A stretch of 64,000 nucleotides of DNA, from assembly GCA_046861645.1 (NCBI GenBank), contig JBHHUM010000001.1, positions 27,379-91,378 of the forward strand, in the 5' to 3' direction. The notes under the pieces are model-generated. The model was not told where the DNA came from. It saw nothing but the letters and a program-made list of their open reading frames with translations, and did not search any database. The first letter of the stretch is position 1. Each line of letters begins with the position of its first letter. A program made the translations under genes and the position numbers. Source of the stretch: Fidelibacterota bacterium (GTDB lineage: Bacteria; Fidelibacterota; Marinisomatia; Marinisomatales; UBA2128). Shown one piece after another: positions 1-7,218 of this stretch.

Positions 1-717
1 TTTGCCGATGTTATCAAAAAGTTCCAATAATTCGACAAATGTATTATCCCCACCAAGATAATCCCAAAACTGTTCACCAATTAAGAAATCTTCACCAGGT
101 TTTAACAGTCCTTGAAGTGTGAATCTTTCGTAAAGATCGGGATGATAAGGGTTATATGGAAAAGCCAAAAACACCTTCACATATTTCCTTCTTCTAGCAA
201 TCCATTCCAAGAGTTTTGCCTTTGATTTTGTGAATACATCAATATTTGGTTTAACGGTTTTTATTTCAAAATACTGTTCAATCCCGTTTCGTTTCATATA
301 AAAATCTGCTATACGACCTTCTTTTTGTACTTTACCATTTGAAGGATCTGCATTTAAAACTTCTTGGGTTTCTTTTTCAATATTTGATTCACGATCACCA
401 TTTCTTAATTCTCGAATTATATTATCAATTACAGATTTTTGATTTCGTGAAATAACTCCGCCAATATCATATTTTGTAAAACATTCTTCAGTGCTTTCAT
501 TCGTAATAATCTTTGACACATCTTCATAAATTGACATTCCAAGTGTTGTTGCAAGAGAATGAATAAAAGAATATGCTGCCACCTTTTCCTTGTCCTGCAT
601 TAACTTGACAAGAAATGGCATTGATGTGGATTCTCTTGCGTATCTTTGTAGTTTTGCATCTAATTTAGAGGACAGAAGATCAGTAATTAGTTGTTTTTGA
701 CCATTAGTTAAACTCAA
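1..717 (-). CDS. Type II restriction endonuclease, TdeIII-like PD-(D/E)XK family; C-terminus cut off by window edge
   Basis: Absent from the ORF track because it runs off the window. Manual minus-strand translation from TTG (717-715) gives MSLTNGQKQLITDLLSSKLDAKLQRYARESTSMPFLVKLMQDKEKVAAYSFIHSLATTLGMSIYE...GRIADFYMKRNGIEQYFEIKTVKPN...FLAFPYNPYHPDLYERFTLQGLL...EQFWDYLGGDNTFVELLELFDNIGK, open through position 1. It has a D...E-x-K core (ADF..FEIKT). The MPF/YSFIHSL/PYNPY/FWDYLGG blocks match my recollection of the TdeIII restriction-enzyme family. The start lies 1 nt after the methyltransferase stop (TGAtTTG), with AAGGG about 7 nt upstream, and an in-frame TGA at 738-736 closes the frame upstream. 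Confidence 0.6.
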   Translation of the reverse strand, partial: MSLTNGQKQLITDLLSSKLDAKLQRYARESTSMPFLVKLMQDKEKVAAYSFIHSLATTLGMSIYEDVSKIITNESTEECFTKYDIGGVISRNQKSVIDNIIRELRNGDRESNIEKETQEVLNADPSNGKVQKEGRIADFYMKRNGIEQYFEIKTVKPNIDVFTKSKAKLLEWIARRRKYVKVFLAFPYNPYHPDLYERFTLQGLLKPGEDFLIGEQFWDYLGGDNTFVELLELFDNIGK

Positions 718-718
718 A

Positions 719-2140
719 TCAGTTACCCTTTTTCTTCATATAAAAAATTGTTTCTTGATATGCATTATTCCCTTGTTCAGTTCTTTTTGTTACTGCACGA
801 TGATGCTCTTTTACAATTGTCAATCCACTTTTTTCTGCGATAGTAGGATAAAGGTTAAACCTATCATTTGCCACAATAAATATTTTAGCATCATCTTTCA
901 AATACTTATTCATATTGCTGAATACAGCAGATATTCCATTCACATAATTTTCTTTTGCCTTAATCGATTTTCCTGATTTTTTAGGACCAATTTCTTTATC
1001 ATCGTATCTTTTAATTCCAAATAATTCATAAGCGTAAATATGTTGTTCGTGATAATCAATTTGTCCCACATAAGGCGGGGAGGTATAAATACCATCGTAT
1101 TTTTTATTGCCAATCGGTGAATTTTTCAATTTTTCCAAAAGGTTGATTTTTGTTGAATCACCTTGTATAACTGAAATTGATCTATCCGATCGCAATTTAT
1201 TAAATTGTTTAATTCTTCTTACTGTGTCCATACCATAATTATGAATTTTCACTAAAAGTTGTTCAATAGGTTTACAGTATTTGTTATGTTTTCTGCACCA
1301 ATATTCTTTTCCCGGTTCAACTGGTTTCTTTGGAGTTGCTAAATCGTAATGAGGGACGAGTCTTGAAGAACGGGTTGCACGACTTAATAAAACTGATAGT
1401 AAATCCTGATAATAAAATTCTTTGATTAATCGTTTGTAATACATCATTTCAAAAAGCGTCCGTTCAGCAAACCAGGTTTTAAGATACTCACTTGTAACAC
1501 CAGCTAATAGAGATTTTTTTAGTTCATCCATTTTTTCTTCGGGAAAAAGTTGGATTTGTTTTGGGTCATTTGTTATCAAACGATTACTAAATCTTGTAAG
1601 ACGATTTTCTGCTTCTAACACTTCATTTTTTAATTTATATAAATCATATTTATTTGTTTTGACTTTTGCGATTCGACAATTGAATTCAGAAATATCAACA
1701 CCAATTGTATGAATTTTTAATTCGTTACCTTGGACAAGAGTTGTTCCTGAACCCATAAAGGGATCAAGAACAATTTCATTTTCTTTAAAATATTTGATGA
1801 GAAACCACTCTACTAATTGAGGAATAAATTTCCCCAAATATGGATGAAGTCGATGAACGTGTTTTGTCCGCTCACGTTCGGGAAGATTATAGAAACCGAG
1901 TTCTGCGTTTAAACCGGCTCGGTGGTGATGTGAGTTTCCTTGCTCAATTAGTTTAAGAAAGGTTTTTAATTCCTTCAAAGAAACTCGAAGTTCACCATTT
2001 TTGGCTTTTCTTTTGATAAGTTTACCATCAGGTGTGTATTTTCCAATCCGTTTGTAATCAATATAATAGCGAATATTGTGGACAGTTTTCCCAACTATCT
2101 CTGCCGCTTCTGAAATTGTTAAAAGGTCAGAATGAATCAT
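719..2140 (-). CDS. Site-specific DNA methyltransferase (N4-cytosine or N6-adenine class) with N-terminal helix-turn-helix domain
   Basis: 473-aa ORF. The N-terminus LLTISEAAEIVGKTVHNIRYYIDYKRI looks like a MerR/excisionase-type HTH. The SAM-binding motif I is VLDPFMGSGTT, preceded by HRLHPYLGKFIPQLVEWFL. Catalytic motif IV is TSPPYVGQIDY, about 220 aa downstream, so the order is motif I - target-recognition region - motif IV. SPPY favours N4-cytosine but is not decisive. It is translationally coupled to the downstream endonuclease. Confidence 0.85.
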   Translation of the reverse strand: MIHSDLLTISEAAEIVGKTVHNIRYYIDYKRIGKYTPDGKLIKRKAKNGELRVSLKELKTFLKLIEQGNSHHHRAGLNAELGFYNLPERERTKHVHRLHPYLGKFIPQLVEWFLIKYFKENEIVLDPFMGSGTTLVQGNELKIHTIGVDISEFNCRIAKVKTNKYDLYKLKNEVLEAENRLTRFSNRLITNDPKQIQLFPEEKMDELKKSLLAGVTSEYLKTWFAERTLFEMMYYKRLIKEFYYQDLLSVLLSRATRSSRLVPHYDLATPKKPVEPGKEYWCRKHNKYCKPIEQLLVKIHNYGMDTVRRIKQFNKLRSDRSISVIQGDSTKINLLEKLKNSPIGNKKYDGIYTSPPYVGQIDYHEQHIYAYELFGIKRYDDKEIGPKKSGKSIKAKENYVNGISAVFSNMNKYLKDDAKIFIVANDRFNLYPTIAEKSGLTIVKEHHRAVTKRTEQGNNAYQETIFYMKKKGN

Positions 2141-2228
2141 TAATTCTTCAATTTCCCTTTAAATCTACATTCCAAAGATAATAAAACCATTTGAATTAAG
2201 AAGTATCGTATCCTGAATTTTATAAAGA

Positions 2229-2297
2229 AATTTCTGGAAATATAACTCGTCAATAAATGGAAATATTTCCACTATATCACCCTTATAGACTGGAAAT
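2229..2297. promoter_or_regulatory. Candidate operator region: palindrome GGAAATATTTCC plus repeated TGGAAAT half-sites upstream of the HTH-methyltransferase
   Basis: There is a perfect 12-bp palindrome GGAAATATTTCC at 2259-2270. ATTTCtgGAAAT (5+2+5 inverted repeat) lies at 2229-2241. TGGAAAT occurs at 2235-2241, 2258-2264 and 2291-2297. On the minus strand the 12-bp palindrome lies just upstream of a TTGACG hexamer. Function is inferred only. Confidence 0.3.
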
Positions 2298-2404
2298 TAT
2301 TCTTTATAATATTATCCATTACTTGAAAAGAAGGAAAATATCCTGTAAGTTATCCATATATTTAATTAACTCCTCTATAATGATGAAATCTACCAGAATA
2401 GCAT

Positions 2405-3523
2405 TTGGAAAACAAGAAAAAAACCTTACCCCTGTACGCCCCTGCCTTGTCGGCAGACAGACAGCAGATGGGTAAATTCCCTCCAGACACTGAACTGTAC
2501 ACAGCACACAACGTCCTGCGGACATCCTATGGGGAGCTGATGGATCAGGTCCGGCAGGTACTGCGTTATCACCATTACGCCTACCGTACCGAGTTGACTT
2601 ATTGTAATTGGATTGTTCGCTATATAAAGTTCCATGGCAGCAAAAAGCATCCTCGTGATATGGGCAAGTGTGAAATTGAATTATATCTCCATCATCTTGC
2701 TGAGGATAAGGATGCTTCGGTGGCGACACAAAGGCAGGCTCACAATGCCATTATCTTTCTCTATGATCAAGTTCTTTGTTTTCCAGTCAGTGAATCTATT
2801 GAACCGGTCAAAGCAAAGCAGCAGCGTCATTTACCGGTTGTGATGACTCAAGAGGAAGTGAAGTTGGTTCTCAACCAGATGTAGAGGTATCATTTAATGA
2901 TGGCGAAGCTACTGTACGGAGGCGGTCTGCGGTTAATAGAGTGTATCCGACTGAGAATTGGAGATCTCGATTTTGAAAGGAACCGGATCAATGTCCGGGG
3001 TGCCAAAGGAGGTAAAAATCGTCTGACCTTATTCCCACAGTCAATCCAGGAGGAGTTACGAATTCATATAGCAAAAGTAAAACAATTACATGATCAGGAT
3101 TTAGCTGAAGGATACGGCAGTACCTATCTTCCTCATGCGTTAGCTAAAAAGTACCCCTACGCTGCCAAAGAGTTGACTTGGCAGTATCTGTTCCCAGCAA
3201 AAAAATTAAGTGAAGATCCACGAACAGGAATCATACGTCGGCACCATGTAATGGAATCCGGGTTACAAAAAGCCGTCATGGCTGCAGTGTCTCGAGCGGG
3301 CATTACAAAACGAGTTAGCTGTCATACTTTTCGTCACTGTTTTGCTACTCACTTATTAGAAAATGGTGTCAATATTCATGCTGTCCAAGAGTTGATGGGG
3401 CATAAAAGTATAAAGACAACTGAAATTTATACTCATGTCATGGAAAAGGAACTTGAGGAAACTCGCAGTCCTTTGGATATACTGGGAGAAAGAGAAAACG
3501 ATATACTTGACGAGAAGAAATAG
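2405..3523 (+). pseudogene. intI: Integron-type integrase (IntI, tyrosine recombinase) interrupted by a single in-frame TAG at 2882-2884
   Basis: ORFs 2405-2884 and 2897-3523 are in the same frame (2897-2405=492). They are joined by TAG plus 4 sense codons: ...VKLVLNQM*RYHLMMAKLLYGGGLRLIE... The catalytic set is present: R (GGGLRLIE), K (GAKGGKNR), H-x-x-R (CHTFRHCFATHLL), H (LMGH) and Y (EIYTHV). The IntI-specific insertion LPHALAKKYPYAAKELTWQYLFPAKKLSEDPRTGIIRRHHV is present (compare IntI1 ALERKYPRAG..W.WVF....STDPRSGVVRRHH). The likely true start is ATG 2468 or ATG 2540 (MDQVRQVLRYHHYAYRTE...), giving about 326-350 aa. Confidence 0.85.
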
Positions 3524-3935
3524 CCTTCCAGAAAGATAAGAACATACCTGTCTTATTAAGATTGTCACCTGTCTACCACCAACTTATACTTGAACCATAA
3601 TTTTCCTAATTTAGAGGATTTTCAAGATTACTTAATCAGGTTAATCATTGTAGTCCTTGTCATCCCTGTCTATCGGTAGGCAGGAGGGTTCAGGCAGTTT
3701 GAGGATTATCATAGAGCTGGCTATTTCGACCTGGCAGGACTTTTCCGATCGGCCTGGTTTGCTGCCATTGTAACCCGTTTACGTTTTCTTTACGACTGAC
3801 GGGTTGCCACCAGCTAACTGCCAACTATCAACTGTACTGGTTGTTGTCTTCTCTATAATTCCCAATGTCAATATATCTTGCACCTCTCTGACGCTCTCGA
3901 CTAAATTTGTTAGCTTTTCTCGAAACGGAAACGGT

Positions 3936-5264
3936 ATGTTCACACTTTTACAGGAAAAATTTGGTATTATCCTCCGCAACCTGAGGGGTCTGGGGAAGAT
4001 TTCTGAGAAAAATATCTCGGAAACTAACCGTCTGATACGGCGGGCGCTTTTAGAGGCTGATGTGAATCTCCAGGTCGTGAAAGATTTTGTTACCTCGGTG
4101 GAGGAAAAGGCTCACGGATTAACGGTAACCAAATCGGTTACACCCGGTCAACAGTTTACCAAGATCATTCATGATGAATTGACTGATCTACTGGGCAGGG
4201 AAGTAGCACCTCTAGTCTTTGCACCCAAGCCTCCCACGGTAATTTTATTGGCCGGGCTCCAAGGATCTGGGAAGACCACCACGGCAGCAAAGTTGGCTAA
4301 TAACCTGAAGAAGGAAGGTCGACAACCCTACCTGGTAGCGGCGGATGTGTATCGTCCTGCAGCAGTGGAACAGTTGCAGACCCTCGGCCGGCAGATTGAG
4401 GTTCCCGTTTGGACTGAAGACCGTGATCCTGTTGCTATTTGCCGGAATGGTATGGATGAAGCCAGACGTCAATCATACGATGTGGTCATTCTTGATACGG
4501 CCGGTCGTCTCCATGTGGATAGTGAGATGATGGAAGAGATTGTAGACATCGCCGATGTGACGAAACCTACGGAGATACTTTTCGTAGCGGACGGGATGAC
4601 CGGTCAGGATGCAGTACACTCTGCCCAGGCTTTTGCTCATGCTCTGGAGATTACCGGATCGATATTGACAAAACTCGATGGCGATGCCCGGGGAGGTGCA
4701 GCAGTTTCTATTGCCGCTGTCACCGGTAAACCCATTAAGTTTATTGGTGTTAGTGAAAAGATGAACGGTTTGGAGATATTCTATCCGGATAGAATGGCTG
4801 GTCGTATCCTGGGTATGGGTGATATTGTCACCTTGGTAGAAAAGGCACAGGATGTAGTAGCTCGGGAACAGTCAGCCCAAACGGCAGAGAAATTATCACA
4901 ACAAAAGTTTACACTGGAAGATTTTCAGGAGCAACTCCATCAGATGCAAAAGATGGGTTCTCTCGACCAGCTTATGGGAATGATACCCGGCTTGGGGAAA
5001 CTGACTAAAAATATGGTATTGGACGAAAAAAAGCTGGTATGGACAGATGCCATTATCTATTCCATGACTCCAGAGGAGCGACATAACCCGGTGATTATTG
5101 ATGGCAGCCGCAGAAAAAGAATTGCCCGGGGTAGTGGCAGGTCTATTCAGGAAGTGAACAGTCTCCTGAAACAATTCGGACAGCTTCAGAAAATGATGAA
5201 GACTCTCTCCCGGTCGAAAAGGAACCGTAAGATGATGGGACAACTAAACAGTATATTTAACTGA
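3936..5264 (+). CDS. ffh: Signal recognition particle protein Ffh (SRP54)
   Basis: MFTLLQEKFGIILRNLRGLGKISEKNISETNRLIRRALLEADVNL is the canonical Ffh N-terminus. It has the GTPase motifs GLQGSGKTTT, DTAGR and TKLDGD, plus a Met-rich M domain. The ORF-track start at 3804 is an upstream extension, and ATG 3936 fits homologs. Confidence 0.95.
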   Translation: MFTLLQEKFGIILRNLRGLGKISEKNISETNRLIRRALLEADVNLQVVKDFVTSVEEKAHGLTVTKSVTPGQQFTKIIHDELTDLLGREVAPLVFAPKPPTVILLAGLQGSGKTTTAAKLANNLKKEGRQPYLVAADVYRPAAVEQLQTLGRQIEVPVWTEDRDPVAICRNGMDEARRQSYDVVILDTAGRLHVDSEMMEEIVDIADVTKPTEILFVADGMTGQDAVHSAQAFAHALEITGSILTKLDGDARGGAAVSIAAVTGKPIKFIGVSEKMNGLEIFYPDRMAGRILGMGDIVTLVEKAQDVVAREQSAQTAEKLSQQKFTLEDFQEQLHQMQKMGSLDQLMGMIPGLGKLTKNMVLDEKKLVWTDAIIYSMTPEERHNPVIIDGSRRKRIARGSGRSIQEVNSLLKQFGQLQKMMKTLSRSKRNRKMMGQLNSIFN

Positions 5265-5274
5265 GGAGATAAAC

Positions 5275-6000
5275 TTGGCTACAAAAATAAGATTGAAAAG
5301 ATTAGGACGACGAAACAGACCTTTTTTCCGAGTAATCGTTATTGATTCACGTAAACGTAGAGATGGCGCTGCTATCGAAGAAGTAGGCTGGTATGATCCC
5401 ATTAAGCAAGATAGTAAGAATTACAAGCTGGAAGCAGAACGTATCCTCCACTGGCTGAATAATGGGGCACAACCAACGTTTACCGTACGCAATTTAATGA
5501 AAAAGGAAGGACTCCTTTACCGCTGGCATTTAATGCGTCAGGGTTTAGATGAGAAAACTATCGACCAGGAGATGCAGAAGTGGGCGATGGATCGCGAAAT
5601 TCGTTTGAAGGAGAAAGCTGAAAAAACTCCGGAAAAGTCGAAGAAGAAGACTGATATTGAACCAACGGCTGAAGAGACAGTTGCAGAGGCAGAAGCAGCT
5701 GTGGAAACTGAATCAAAGGGTGAGGGTGTATCTGAGGCTGAGGAGGAAATAGAAGAAGTAACACCTGAAGATGAAAGTAAGACAGAAGCAGAACCGGAGT
5801 CTGAAGCAGAGGCAGGAGCTGAGTCAGAGGGTGAGGGTGAAGCTAAGGCTGAGGAGAAGATAGAAGCAGCAACGACTGAAGATGAAAGTAAAGTAGTGCC
5901 AGAGGCGGTATCAGAAACAGAAGAAGAGGATGAAGGTGCAACTGAAACCGAAACAGAAAATAATTCCAACGACACTGACGAAAAAATTAAGGAAGAATAA
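5275..6000 (+). CDS. rpsP: 30S ribosomal protein S16 with a long acidic C-terminal extension
   Basis: MATKIRLKRLGRRNRPFFRVIVIDSRKRRDGAAIEEVGWYDP is the S16 core. It has a TTG start with a GAGGAG RBS 6 nt upstream. The product is 241 aa against about 80-90 aa for typical S16, and the tail is rich in E/A/T/S. Confidence 0.9.
   Translation: MATKIRLKRLGRRNRPFFRVIVIDSRKRRDGAAIEEVGWYDPIKQDSKNYKLEAERILHWLNNGAQPTFTVRNLMKKEGLLYRWHLMRQGLDEKTIDQEMQKWAMDREIRLKEKAEKTPEKSKKKTDIEPTAEETVAEAEAAVETESKGEGVSEAEEEIEEVTPEDESKTEAEPESEAEAGAESEGEGEAKAEEKIEAATTEDESKVVPEAVSETEEEDEGATETETENNSNDTDEKIKEE
5718..5898 (+). repeat. Internal 111-bp-period duplication inside the S16 tail (cores 5718-5787 and 5829-5898)
   Basis: GGGTGAGGGTG...GCTGAGGAG...ATAGAAG...CTGAAGATGAAAGTAA occurs twice, 111 bp (37 codons) apart. 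I count about 56 of 68 positions identical by manual alignment. The protein units are GEGVSEAEEEIEEVTPEDESK and GEGEAKAEEKIEAATTEDESK. Confidence 0.6.
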
Positions 6001-6029
6001 TCTTTAGGTTCGTACAAGGGTATAGTTCT

Positions 6030-6773
6030 GTGAGTGATACTGGAGATAATTTAAGTGTGACTTTAAAGAAGATATTCATTATTACACCATTTCCTGAAAT
6101 GGTGGAAGCAGTATTAGGAGAGAGTATACTCCGACGGGCTGCTGAGAAAAAGATTGTGGAATACCACATCATTAATTTACGTGATTACGCTACAGGAAAA
6201 TTTAAACAGATAGACGATTACCCTTTTGGGGGTGGTACAGGTATGATCATGATGCCAGAGCCCATTATGAAAGCCATGGATCGAGTTAAGGAAATCGATA
6301 CCTCTGCTTCAAACATGAGTGTGATTTTTCCAACTCCTCAGGGGGAGCAACTTACCCAGGAGAAATCCTGGAAGCTATCCCGGTCAGAGGCGTTGGTATT
6401 TATTTCCGGTCACTATAAGGGGATGGACGAGCGCATTCGGGAGTCCATTATAACTGATGAAATATCGATTGGTGATTATGTATTAACTAACGGGGAACTC
6501 CCCACGCTGGTAATCCTTGATACGGTCGTCAGATTAATTCCCGGAGTCCTGGGTGATGAGGAATCGGCTAACAGCGATTCTTTTACGAATGAGCTACTGG
6601 ATCATCCGCATTATACCAGGCCGGCAGAAGTTCGCGGCCTGCAAGTTCCAGAAGTACTTTTAAGTGGGCATCATAGCAGAATTGAAGAGTGGCGGTTAAA
6701 ACAGCGCGAAAAGCGAACTCGATCCCGCCGTCCAGATCTATGGAAGGCATATAAAGGAAAACAAACCAGTTGA
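6030..6773 (+). CDS. trmD: tRNA (guanine37-N1)-methyltransferase TrmD
   Basis: [36 protein letters not shown] and [14 protein letters not shown] are TrmD signatures. The position after rpsP is conserved. The start is uncertain (GTG 6030 or GTG 6057). Confidence 0.9.
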   Translation: MSDTGDNLSVTLKKIFIITPFPEMVEAVLGESILRRAAEKKIVEYHIINLRDYATGKFKQIDDYPFGGGTGMIMMPEPIMKAMDRVKEIDTSASNMSVIFPTPQGEQLTQEKSWKLSRSEALVFISGHYKGMDERIRESIITDEISIGDYVLTNGELPTLVILDTVVRLIPGVLGDEESANSDSFTNELLDHPHYTRPAEVRGLQVPEVLLSGHHSRIEEWRLKQREKRTRSRRPDLWKAYKGKQTS

Positions 6774-6783
6774 GGTAAATACG

Positions 6784-7122
6784 ATGGAACCACAGAAATT
6801 TACAAAAAATTATCTGCGAGATGATATTCCGGATTTTCGAGCAGGAGATACCGTGGGCGTAAATGTGAAAGTAGTTGAAGGAGGTAAGGAACGTATTCAA
6901 CGGTTTGAAGGAGTCGTGCTCTCTAAAAGAGGTTCAGGAACCAACTCTACATTTACAGTACGCAAGGTCTCTTCAGGTATCGGCGTGGAGCGTATCTTTC
7001 CCCTCCATTCACCCACTATTGCTAATATTGTTGTAACACGTAGGGGAAAAGTGAGAAGGGCAAAACTGTATTATTTACGGAAGCTCAGGGGTAAAGCAGC
7101 CCGAATCAAGGAACGCCGATAG
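6784..7122 (+). CDS. rplS: 50S ribosomal protein L19
   Basis: [36 protein letters not shown]...[18 protein letters not shown] is typical L19. It follows trmD, as in many bacteria. Confidence 0.95.
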   Translation: MEPQKFTKNYLRDDIPDFRAGDTVGVNVKVVEGGKERIQRFEGVVLSKRGSGTNSTFTVRKVSSGIGVERIFPLHSPTIANIVVTRRGKVRRAKLYYLRKLRGKAARIKERR

Positions 7123-7152
7123 AGTTCTTATTAATAAAGATGGAATCTGTGG

Positions 7153-7190
7153 CAGGGGTGAACAGTTTGTTTAACCCCTGTCTTGTCTTA
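7153..7190 (+). terminator. Rho-independent terminator-like hairpin after rplS
   Basis: CAGGGGT (7153-7159) pairs with ACCCCTG (7174-7180) across a 14-nt loop, followed by the T-rich TCTTGTCTT. This loop is longer than in classical terminators. Confidence 0.4.
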
Positions 7191-7218
7191 AATAGTATTG
7201 ATTTGCAGCTCTGAAAGT

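Noticed and set aside
2487-2500. A LexA-box-like CTGTACACAG upstream of the conserved part of intI (integron integrases are often SOS-regulated)
   Set aside because: The spacing (CTGT-N2-ACAG) does not fit the CTGT-N8-ACAG or GAAC-N4-GTTC consensus. The LexA motif of this lineage is unknown to me.
2443-3690. Possible imperfect inverted repeats flanking intI (CCTGCCTTGTCGGCAGACAGACAG near 2443-2468 against CCCTGTCTATCGGTAGGCAGG at 3663-3683)
   Set aside because: Only about 15 of 27 positions match after gapping, and the left arm lies inside the possible intI N-terminal coding region. This is too degenerate to call terminal repeats of a mobile unit.
3590-3800. An SRP RNA (ffs) or RNase P RNA in the gap next to ffh, prompted by CGGAAAAGTCCTGCC on the minus strand
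   Set aside because: There is no helix-8 motif (GGUCAGGUCC-GGAA-GGAAGCAGCC) and no closable GNAR tetraloop hairpin. For RNase P the GGUAACGCCUGG, AGGGUGAAA and ACAGAACCCGGCUUA blocks are absent. The resemblance is limited to about 9 nt.
2141-3935. Canonical integron recombination sites (an attI or attC with GTTRRRY / RYYYAAC cores) on either side of intI
   Set aside because: I listed every GTT and AAC in 2141-2540 and 3524-3935 on both strands. None fits GTTRRRY/RYYYAAC; the closest are GTTAGCT at 3908 and GTTAATC at 3629. attC detection needs a structure-based covariance model that I cannot run, so absence is provisional.
3804-3935. N-terminal extensions of track ORFs (ffh from 3804, rpsG from 60315, rplA from 50221, the HU-like gene from 21351, the lolA-like gene from 41501, batA from 28995)
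   Set aside because: In each case a downstream start reproduces the canonical family N-terminus and removes the overlap with the preceding gene.
5538-6017. 159-aa and 68-aa minus-strand ORFs antisense to the S16 tail
   Set aside because: They are serine-rich mirror images of the GA-rich repeat (GAA/GAG read as TTC/CTC). They are an artefact of low-complexity sequence.
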